DNA of 64,000 nucleotides, taken from positions 930,001-994,000 of the forward strand of contig NC_134032.1 in NCBI RefSeq assembly GCF_964204645.1. The letters are read 5' to 3'. Source of the stretch: Tubulanus polymorphus. Lineage: Eukaryota; Animalia; Nemertea. Made by a program: the position numbers and the translations under genes. How positions within the stretch are numbered: position 1 is the stretch's first letter; every line of letters begins with the position of its first letter. The notes beneath the pieces were generated by a model. The model did not search any database and was not told the DNA's origin. It saw only the letters and a list, made by a program, of their open reading frames with translations. Positions 1 to 10,300 of this stretch are shown piece by piece.

Positions 1-558
1 TGGTGTTAGATACAATAATCTGTGTGTATGCATACAGTAGAGAAACATCCGTCCCTTTGAATCGACATCTAAACAGTTGATATATTTGTAATCTCCATCC
101 GGGAGCTGATATTTCTTCACTCGGTTTCTATCAATCAATTTGTTTACAGGGTTTTCTATTAAACGTAAAACATGAACGTCACTAAATAACTGTATATAGA
201 TATTGTGATCACGGATCACTAAGGATACACAGCCTCCAGGCAGGAGATTGATATTTTCTTCGAGGAGTTTTCTCTGATTTTTATATTTTCTCAGGATGTA
301 TTCACTGTTTTTCCACGCGAGTACATTCAGAAACCCGTTACCATCAGCAGCGAGTCCATGTATCCAACCATCAATCTCTATGTATCTCTGTTTATTATCA
401 CCATTCACACTATATATATAATCAATGGAGTTATACTGCGCACATATAACACGTGACTGTTCACCCACGTGTTCACCGGGTATTGACGTCATCAGTTCGG
501 GTCTGAAGTCTGTATCTACCTGTTTATTCAGCGTCAATGAATCGATTTTCGCTTCCAT
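1..558 (-). CDS. 5' part of an uncharacterised NHL-repeat/beta-propeller-like protein; ORF continues past the window edge
   Basis: Open frame from ATG at 558 to position 1 with no stop (186 codons; absent from the ORF track, probably because its stop lies outside the window): MEAKIDSLTLNKQ...WIHGLAADGNGFLNVLAW...CLDVDSKGRMFLYCMHTHRLLYLTP. The GLAADGNG and LDVDSKGRMFL segments resemble NHL/propeller blade motifs. Confidence 0.6.
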   Translation of the reverse strand, partial: MEAKIDSLTLNKQVDTDFRPELMTSIPGEHVGEQSRVICAQYNSIDYIYSVNGDNKQRYIEIDGWIHGLAADGNGFLNVLAWKNSEYILRKYKNQRKLLEENINLLPGGCVSLVIRDHNIYIQLFSDVHVLRLIENPVNKLIDRNRVKKYQLPDGDYKYINCLDVDSKGRMFLYCMHTHRLLYLTP

Positions 559-869
559 GTTACGAGTTTAACCCCAACACAAGTTTAAAACAAACCAACA
601 AATAACTGATGACTGATTGATGTGATCTCCTCTCCTCACCGACGACCGAGGTGAAATCTCCTCCGTTATAAAATGATCTTCTTCGGATTCACGATTAAAC
701 TGCTAACAAATAGTTCACTCAGTTGTATTCACTGCGATTAACTGATTCCTAAAATTGGCGATAAAATACCGTCAGTGTCACCGCTGCACAAGGGCGAGTA
801 CTGGATCGTAGAGCGGCTGCCGTTGAATGTGTTTGATCGGGTTTGACGAGCCGGTTTTAATTCGACACA

Positions 870-905
870 GACTCAAGATGGCGTTTCACAAGAGAGGGCG
901 CCACC
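870..905. promoter_or_regulatory. Candidate promoter elements (YY1-like AAGATGGCG and CTCF-like CAAGAGAGGGCGCCA) upstream of the left-edge gene
   Basis: The motifs lie in a CpG-richer stretch about 320 bp upstream of the ATG at 558. Motif match only. Confidence 0.3.
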
Positions 906-1378
906 AAACGACAGCTTCACAAACGTTCCACATCAGGAGCGCTCCGTCCAGGTTCGAGGTGGTACCGCTAGTAGGATGGCTTAGCGTTTGTTTTTGAATT
1001 GTTACCGGGTGGACGAATTCACGAAAATTGGCCCAGATGTTGATACAAACCTAACTATCAATTTTAGAAGCCGGGAGCCGGCGGGCTCTCCATCGGGATC
1101 CAATTTTTACGTTTCCTTGGCAATAGTTAGTTACCTAATCGTTGGTGGTAAGCTTTTTATAATCGGATGGGCTTATACCAACCAATATCCGATCGTGAAA
1201 CTAAACCACAGACAGGTTACTGACTACCATGGCAACTGAATGGAAATCCTATTATATTTCAGATGTATATAAGGAATAGGAACACGATAGGTAAAACACA
1301 ATATCCGTGTTGACGCGATGAGGAGAGAATCCCACAATGATAATAAAAAGTCCGAAAATGAAACTTCGAGATAGTAGT

Positions 1379-1424
1379 TTATTCAACGTTTCGACTATAT
1401 CCTAATAGTCATCTTCAGGAATAA
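1379..1424 (-). ncRNA. Minimal type I hammerhead ribozyme motif (PLE type)
   Basis: Reverse complement reads UUAUUC CUGAAGA U GACUAU-UAGGAU-AUAGUC GAAA CG UU GAAUAA: stem I UUAUUC/GAAUAA, 6-bp stem II, palindromic ACGU in place of stem III. Confidence 0.75.
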
Positions 1425-1831
1425 TGAGATACTACAGAAATTATGAGTAAACCTTAACAATGGTTTTTCACCCCATAATAAACTTATATCAAAATTCCTC
1501 TGTAAACTGGTTAAACTCAACACTTGATTTCCCCTTTGATTATTTGTTATTTGTTCTCTCATCAATTTCGTCTCTGACTTAACTTGTATTCACCTTTGTT
1601 TTAAGTGCCCCCTAGTTTGTCTTTCTTTTTACTACTGACTTTAAGTTTCATTTATATTTATACTCACTATTGTTGTTTATAATCACCCCTTAGTTTGCTT
1701 CCCTTTAATCTATTTTAGCGTGTAACTGTTTCTACGTTAATTTTCCTTTAGTTTGTATCATCTCTGATTACTTGAATTAGTCTCTTTGTCCCTGGATTGT
1801 ATATATATCTCATAATTTCTGTAGTATCTCA

Positions 1832-1877
1832 TTATTCCTGAAGATGACTATTAGGATATAGTCGAAACGTTGAATAA
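1832..1877 (+). ncRNA. Minimal type I hammerhead ribozyme motif (PLE type)
   Basis: TTATTC CTGAAGA T GACTAT TAGGAT ATAGTC GAAA CGTT GAATAA. Confidence 0.75.
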
Positions 1878-4800
1878 ACTACTATCTCGAAGTTTCATTT
1901 TCGGACTTTTTATTATCATTGTGGGATTCTCTCCTCAAGGAATAGGAAATTATAGAAAATTATTGAAATTTAGTCACATATTTATTCCAAAATAGATTTA
2001 GATCATTCCATACCTTCCTTGTACATGTTTTAAAAATGTATCCGTTATTTGAAACGATTAATGGAACTTGTGGTTAAGGATGCATCACAGAAAATGAAAC
2101 ACTTCCATCAATATAGCCTAACATATAGCCTTATGATGGTTATGGTTTTTAAATAACATGTCCCATTCGTTAAATTGTTTAGTCAGTATAACAAATGCGC
2201 AGAGAGAATCTGAGTGTCAGTGTTATATCGCTATCGGACACACGCCCATGCTTTTCGCAAATCTCTCAATGTTCAGTGAAATGGCGGTGCGCAGTGGGAG
2301 ACCCCTTTGGCTCAAACTCAAGCGGTTAGAGATCAGTCGTCAAGAAAGATATTCAAAAAATGTCAACGCAGGCCCTTAAAGCAAATAACATTCTTTAACC
2401 TCAGTAAAAATGGGAAATCTAGCTTTAATAACCACTTAGATATTTTAAAATCAATAAAAAACCGTAATTTTTTGACGCGCAGTTAAAATATGCAGTCCTT
2501 GGCTTCACATCGTTACTGCTCTTAATTCTTGCGATCAAAAAAATCCAAGAATCACCGGCAAATATCTGCATTTCATTTCCTTTAAAATGGTCTATGAATT
2601 AAGTTAATCAAGCAAGGGACTGCAGAGCGATTTGATATTCAATCTAAACTTATATTTTAAAAATGAGCGCAAATTATCGCAACAATGGGGACCTCGAGAG
2701 ACCGCCACAAAATGGTGCCTAGAAACTGGAAACGTCTTTATTAGGTCAGTAAACTTCTTTATTAGGTCAGTAGGTCAGTCGCGAATTAGGCGACATTGTC
2801 CATATCTTCGTCACGCCCAAAGTAACATATACGAGTAGTTTGAATTGGTCAGTAGTAGTCAGTGATGGTCAGAGATGGCCAGTTTATGAATTTGCAATAA
2901 TGAATCCTTAGTAGTCTAAAAACAAACGATGACTTGAACAATTTCCGATATTCGAAGTCAAACGTTCAGACTCGGGGATCATATCTCAATTTGGTCAGTT
3001 TCTGACCGTCCCGGTGTCACCATTGTGGTCTACAGCTGAAATGAAATATTTGTAGATAACCGACGAAGAGGCCCAAAAGCACAAGTCCCTGACTGGAAAA
3101 GGTAGTCTCTCGATGAACGAAACCAAATCGGACAGGAAAATTAATTTGGAAAAGCCACTGGTTTTTCTACGAAGCCCACGCGATGGCGTATTGGTATATC
3201 GTGTATGAAATCTTTTTAAAACACCATAATACATGAAGTGATAAGCATCATACCGCATCCCCCCCCCCGCAAAGAGGGGTTATATAGTTCAGCAAACCGC
3301 AGTTTACATTGGCCTATCTAGACTAACCTCCATCGTTCGGGCAGTCGGGCAAACCGGAAAACTCACCATAGAGTAGTTGATTGGAGCATACCGAATTGAG
3401 TGAAGATGTGGACATTCCTGACACAGATTAAAGTGCTTGATTCAATTCAATGAAAACTTTACATCTGAATCGAGTCTCGCACACCGGCGATTATGAATAA
3501 TTAATTGGGAAGTTAATTGATTGCTGCAGATTTCTAGCGAATATAACCATTACATAATCGTTATTCCCTAATGAACAAAGCCTCGGTAAAAAAAAACTCC
3601 GTTATTGTCAGGTCTAATATCTGCAATGAGGTCCTTTAATGGCTGCCTAGTAGGTTTTATATTCACCGCTCTGATCTGCTGTATACGTTACCCATGCCGG
3701 GCACTGCCGCAACAGCAGCGGCGGCAGATGTCGCTTAACCGGTCTACGGCGGGCACTGGTGCGAGATTGTCCGTTTCGGCGACCGTTACAAATTTGAAAT
3801 CACGGTTACGATGTTCGGAAGCGTGCACCTTGCGAGCGGATTGCCGTGCGATGAGCTTCACGCGTCGCGGTGCGAAATCATCCGTTTGTCAACTTTTTCG
3901 TAACAAAATTCGTTGATTTTGACGACTGCTTGTTTTGGTTCATCGAGATTTTGGAAGTAACTATACCATCAGGGGCTGAACATTATTTTTTTCATTTCTC
4001 ATATTTTAGGGGTTATATTCTAGAACATTTAGAATTTCTATTCCTATTTTCATTGATTTAGTCTACACGCACATAGGGGGGCGCTTTAATCGATGGTAAG
4101 TGGAAATGGAAAACTTCGAACGTTTCGATAGACTACGATTACTGGACCGACGGCGAACCGAATGACGACCCGAATTCGGGTCCGATCTGTTTATCCCTGT
4201 TGAACGGCGAACTGACTTGGATCGACGTGAAATGTAACAACCCTGCTGAAACATGGCCGTTCGTGTGCGAAAAAGTGCACGGTTAAAACGCCGCAATAAA
4301 CAAAGTTGTTTCCAATTTATCGCGATAACATTCATATTTCTCACGACATCGTAGAATTTATAATTCACGAATTTGAAATCGAATGTAGATATAGTCAAAT
4401 CGCTCGGCAAATTCGTTTCGCGATTTGTCGCCGCTGTCGTAATTGCCTCAAATTTTGTGAATATTTTTTCTTGCTTCGCAAAACTAAGCGCGGAGTACGC
4501 ATTGACGATACAAGCCAGTATAAAACTCTACGTACGAAGCTCGTCTTTGGTCGGAAGAGATTTAGAAAAACGAAATTTTTACTGATTTTTTTGTTGTTGA
4601 ATCGATTCAGAGCCAAACATCTTTTCCGAGGTACTTTTAGAGGTAACATCAATACATTTTTACCTCCCTAAATGCGGATGAAATATCAAGGTTCACTTAA
4701 AACTGTCCGATGTTTGTTTGAACCCTGGAATTTTTTGCCGGTCGTTTCTAATACGTAGTAACAGTGATGACCAATAGATGGCGTGTGAGTAAAAGGAATT

Positions 4801-5435
4801 GCCAGTACAGAAGAATAACATCGCCTCAAACTCGTGCGAACTGGGAACTGGTTTGTTCGGAGTATACACGATCTGGTGATGCTAATGTATAGCTTCATCA
4901 TAGGCCCGTGCCTAGCATTTCAGTTTTTTTTTAGGGGGAAGGGTGTGGGGGTTGTAGGGGGGGGGGGGTGTTGGAGGATCCTAAATAAGGAATGTTCTAT
5001 TGGATACAGCCTACGTCACATTAGTATTTGTGAGGGCACTTTTCCAAAATATCTGGGCAGCAACCTTGGTACGGGCTCTGCTACAGGCGACTGGGCCTAA
5101 CTACTTCCCGACTCGTTGTATTTGGTCTAACCCAGGTTTACACGGCTCATCTACAAACCCTCTCGTCACGTACCGTATACGTGTAGTTTATTCGAAGTAT
5201 CGTAAGATGGCGCTAGAAATTGAGAGTATATTGCGCTCGTAACTAGACATGATTTCAATAAAATGAGTATCTCTACCTGAGTGGGGAATGGGGATAGACT
5301 GGGTACTGACGTTATCTAATCCGTAACCTGCAACTAACCCAGCTAAACGATATCCTTACGTAACTGCCAATGTTCAGCATTTGTGTGCTTTTAAAGGTGG
5401 TCGTTAGTAAGCATTCCATTCTTAAAAATAATACC

Positions 5436-5675
5436 TCAGTTTGTGAAGTCCTGGACACGGAACACGGCCATGAATGGACGATCAGCTTTCGAAATTGTGC
5501 TGATGAAATGTCTAATATCTGGTGTTTGTAGTTCATTTTCGATTAAAAATGCCTCAGGTGAAGTTCTGAACACATGTGAAGTGTGGACGATCAGTTTTTG
5601 AAAGTGTGCTGATAAAATGTCTAATGTCTGGTGTTTGTAGTTCATTTTCAATTAAAAATGTCTCAGGTGAAGACA
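5436..5675. repeat. About 2 copies of the dispersed 109-bp satellite
   Basis: Same monomer as the array at 19109-20602. Confidence 0.85.
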
Positions 5676-6180
5676 CGTTTGGACCAGGGCGCGGATCAAA
5701 CCAAGCCGGTTTTGGTTTCTTTTACACTTCCCACTCTCGCTATTTCGACACAGAAGTCATAAAGGTATATTCAATCTTTATCGTGTGGTAGGTCTATAAA
5801 CGGTTTGTGGTTTTATGGCGTTTTTATTCGTCAATATAGTCACTTTTTATTTGGCTACCGTTCGGTATAAAAGCATAAAAGTGGCTTTGTAACGCGCCGC
5901 CTCCGTTTGATAGCCCAAAACCGCTTCGCGTTTCGGTGAAAGTTTTAGGATCTTTTATTGTCGTCATTGTATCCTACGCGTTTTGAAGTCGGTGTTTATC
6001 GATTTTGAGAGTCGTGAAATGAAAAGTTCTTGTGTGTTTTACTTTATTTCGTTGTTTGCCGGTCGACTTTTCTCAGAAGAATCTCTGTGACGTCATCAAC
6101 AAAATTAGAACAAAGTTACAAAAAATCTAAGCCAAATGATCAAGATTTATTTTACCCTCAAGCTAGTCAGAGATTTCTAG

Positions 6181-6970
6181 TTTCCTTGAGCTAGTGTAGT
6201 TTATTCAAAGTTTCGACTATGTCCTAATAGTCATCTTCAGGAATACTGATGTTGTCCTCATTATAACCATTGATGAAACACTCTGAGTCCGTGTTGTAAA
6301 GATAATATAAAATCCCTGCACACTAAGAATAAAAAGAGTCTGAAATGTTTCCTTGAGCTAGTGTAGTTTATCTAACGTTTCGACTATATCCCAATAGTCA
6401 TCTACAGGAATACTGATGTTGTCCTCATTATAACCATTGATGAAACACTCTGAGTCCGTGTTGTAAAGATAATATAAAATCCGTGCACACTAAGAATAAA
6501 AAGAGTCTGAAATGTTTCCTTGAGCTAGTGTAGTTTATCTAACGTTTCGACTATATCCTAATAGTCATCTTCAGGAATACTGATGTTGTCCTCATTATAA
6601 CCATTGATGAAACACTCTGAGTCCGTGTTGTAAAGATACTGTAAAATCCCTGCAAACTAAGAATAAAAAGAGTCTGAAATGTTTCCTTGAGCTAGTGTAG
6701 TTTATTCAACGTTTCGACTATATCCCAATAGTCATCTTCAGGAATACTGATGTTAGCCTCATTATAACCATTGATGAAACACTCTGAGTCCGTGTTGTAA
6801 AGATAATATAAAATCCCTGCACACTAAGAATAAAAAGAGTCTGAAATGTTTCCTTGAGCTAGTGTAGTTTATTTAACGTTTCGACTATATCCCAATAGTC
6901 ATCTTCAGGAATACTGATGTTAGCCTCATTATAACCATTGATGAAACACTCTGAGTCCGTGTTGTAAAGA
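6181..6970 (-). repeat. Tandem array of 167-bp units, each carrying a hammerhead ribozyme motif (retrozyme/PLE-like)
   Basis: Units start at 6181, 6348, 6515, 6682 and 6849. Each has GTTTCGACTAT-(6 nt)-ATAGTCATCTTCAGGAATA (one unit TCTACAG), the reverse complement of the hammerhead core. Confidence 0.85.
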
Positions 6971-7250
6971 CCCTTTAACAATTAAAATATGTTTAAGATT
7001 ATAGGAACTTTATTTTCGACAGAAACATATTTTATGATTTAATTATCTTACAGAATTTATCCTTATTTATTTGCACCGGTAAATTTAACAATATCAACTC
7101 GTTTTACTGCGGACCAGAAACGGGCGACTCGACTCTCAAGGGGGGAAATAGCATCCGATGACATCGTTTTAAGAAGACGACTTTTACTGGCTAAACCATT
7201 ATCATGAAAGATCAGATCGTAGATTTCGCGCATTCTCGCTCGAGTATCCT

Positions 7251-7342
7251 GGGCCCAGTTCCACAGTTGTGAGTGAGTGTTAACTCTGAGTTAAAGTTAG
7301 TTCATTTTCAATGAGTTATCTCAAAACTGTGAGACTGGACCC
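7251..7342. mobile_element. Short MITE with GGGCCCAGTTCCACAG terminal inverted repeats
   Basis: Related palindromic copies at 23874-23983 and 47405-47517. Confidence 0.65.
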
Positions 7343-7399
7343 TGTCTGTTTTTGTCGGCTGGAAGTCCCTCGAAGTCCCACCAGTAACAGTCGCCGTGG

Positions 7400-10300
7400 T
7401 TACGAGTAGAATTCTTTCTCGATGTCAGCGATTAGGTCCTCTTCTTCGAGGTCATATTCAACCCTTCAAATAGAAAACGACAATGAAAGCAATATAGCCG
7501 CAAAGCAGCAATAACGGATATATTTAAGGCGGCTAGAGCAGAACTGCATTCAAAGAAAGGAAGAAATATATCTTTGTTTCCGGACTATAGTTCCGACCAA
7601 CTGACATTCGGTTTCACTTAGTTCTTGGAGTAATCATTTGACAAATGATTACTCCAAGCTTAGTTCGACTATAGTCGACTAACTCGACTAGTGACGTCAT
7701 TATGGGGTCTGAATTTGAACGTTTGCAATGAAATGTCTCCGTGCGTACCTAGTCTTCGGTTCAGTGGTGTCTGCGTGGACCGGCCGAGGTTCATTATCTG
7801 CAAATAGAACAAGACTCCCGCATGAAGGTATCGGTGCACACTACCAGCGCGGATCTGGCACGATACCCGGGTTTTACGATTTACATACGAAAAATTTTCC
7901 CTTAGATTTAAAACAAAAGAATTCCCACTTGATTGATTTAACGGGAAGGGATCGTTATCGTTTTTTTTCCATATTTCGTGACTTGGCTTCGAGTTTTATT
8001 CGAAAAAAAGTTGTATCGATTTTTGGATCGAATGTCGATTTCCGAAATGCGGCAGTGAAATATTAGCAGACGACCGCGACTCGTGCACGTGATGCGTGCG
8101 TGCGTGCGGTCAACCATGTGCGTAGCTCATCGATAAAAATTATTACACGAATATCGATCGTCCACTATAAGTGACTAGTTACTTCTTATATTAGTAACCA
8201 TAGTTACATCATCCCCCATCAACAAAACCGGAGAAAGCAATGTTAGTAGAACCAGCATGTGATTAATGCACTCCAGCTATTTCACCATCGACCGCAAATA
8301 CAATACGACAATTTTTCCCTTTTTATCACGTGATCTCTCTCTTTATCTCCTAGATTTTGAATTCTTTAACCTTGTGTAGTTATTTCCAAAATATCATCGA
8401 TGTATTGAATTGGGCAGCCAGCTATCGTTAACCCCAATCAGTCGCTTGCCGGTTCAGGCTGTTTGGAAGATAGTGTGAATGAACTGGAACCGAATTTCCC
8501 AAATTATGTACTACGATCTCAAACAAAACATTCTTGACCGCCGATCACACAACTATATCTGTACTTCGATTTCCGACCTCAATTTCAAACCCCCTGCTTC
8601 GCTGCCGGCAGGTGTGGTGAGTTCGTAGGGGACATCGAATCAAGACAAATCGAACGAAATCTACCACTCAAATAAAGAACAGGGTCATCAGTCCCTGAAC
8701 AAGATCTAAAAGATTTTGAATTGGACGTTACTTCGATCTGAAGCGGCTAAAAGGTAATGGTTAGATTGGTTCTGATTTAATAAGTTTTAGATTGCAACTT
8801 AATAAGATTTAGATTGCAACAGAGTGCAACTTTTGAGATTGGATATTGGCAGTTTGTTTGAATGGTTTTATCAAACTTTCCAACAACAAACGAGTTTCGT
8901 CGTGGGTTGGGATTCAAATCCAACACAAAGTAGAAATGATCAGCATTATTTTGACGTAAAATGACCGGTATTGATATTGACTACTGATTCTTTATACATA
9001 GTGCTAATTACGCTTGTTTTCTAGTTTCTGCTCATTAATTTCGGTTGCCTTTCAATTTCGATGTTTCTATTTTTGCAAAAAAAAGTTTTGTCGTCTTTCA
9101 AAGTCAATTCGACGTCTTCGTTAGTTCACGTGCATATATCTAATTACCTGAACTCAATTCTGTAGTTGCGGGATCCATTGGGTTGGTGTTCTGTAAAATA
9201 GAAATATTCCGAGATCAGTGAACTATATTAGATTTTCAAGATAGCGGAACTGTTTGTAGGGTATGCTCGCGGAAATGTCGGGTCTTGGGAGTTTTTTTTT
9301 TGAAACTTCTAGCTTATTTGGGGTGAAAGCTAAATTATTTGCTTCTTTTTCATTTTTGCCTAAAAATCGACTAACTTTGGAAGCATTTGCATAAACTGAA
9401 CGAATACGAATGAATAAGTGTTACCAATGAGCGTATGTTTTGAAATCGATGCTTTAATTTTCTGAAGGCTGGTATCTGGGAGGACTTTTGTTAAAACGAG
9501 CGGGGATTCATTTGAATCCCCCGATCCTGTCCATACAGGCCTAGAATTAGTGAAATACAGTTAAAAAGGGTTCCCCTAAAACAACGAATACGACCTTTCA
9601 TATGAACCCGTAGATCTGGCCACAGTCACCGATGCTCGTTAATCTACATGGATCAATTTTCTTACCTGCGGTAAATTAAAAGCTTTGAATTTACCGGTGT
9701 CAAATCCTTTGATATTCTGAAAAATAGAAAATACGTTGTAAAAACATTAGTTTCATTAAACATAGTTCATCATCGAAATAATTATAGCATATTATCTAAA
9801 ATTCATACAGCGCGTTTCTCGGAGGCTCTAGCGCTCACAATAAGTTGATTAACCTACTAACAGTAAGATAAAAATAACTAAGAGCTTTACAGAATTTCTA
9901 TATTTCACTTTGCATAAGAATTTCCAAGGATTGTTGAACCACGAAATTGAAAACGGACTGAAAACGTCTTGGGAGGTGGTTAACAAGTTATTTACGTCGT
10001 TTCCGGTATCTGTAGCGGCTGTATCGCCAAACTGATCGGCGAAACAGGTGCGTGGGTAATATCGAAATGTATTTTGTGATACTAAACGTATGCATAATTT
10101 ATAGCTTGTTTGTCGCTGTCCGTCGTTTGATGAATGTTGCGATCAGACCGGAACGTCTGCGATGGTTAACCGCCCAACCAGCGAGGGATCGGAGCTTTTG
10201 GGAAAAGGGCGTGCTCGCTTGCCAGGGTTTGATTTCCGCCCGCGCCAACGCAAACCCAGGCCGCAAAACCTTCATTGGTCTATTACATTGCCCATGGTTT

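Larger units (their letters stand above)
1283..1936 (+). mobile_element. Truncated Penelope-like element (PLE) insertion with an inverted terminal copy and two hammerhead motifs
   Basis: 12-bp direct repeat AAGGAATAGGAA at 1271-1282 and 1937-1948. Segment ~1320-1445 is the reverse complement of ~1810-1936. Each arm carries CTGAAGA-T-GACTAT/ATAGTC-GAAACGTT. Confidence 0.75.

Noticed and set aside
6181-6970. CRISPR-like appearance of regular repeats (also 39474-39800 and 44079-45271)
   Set aside because: Whole units repeat with no unique spacers, there are no cas genes, and the context is eukaryotic.
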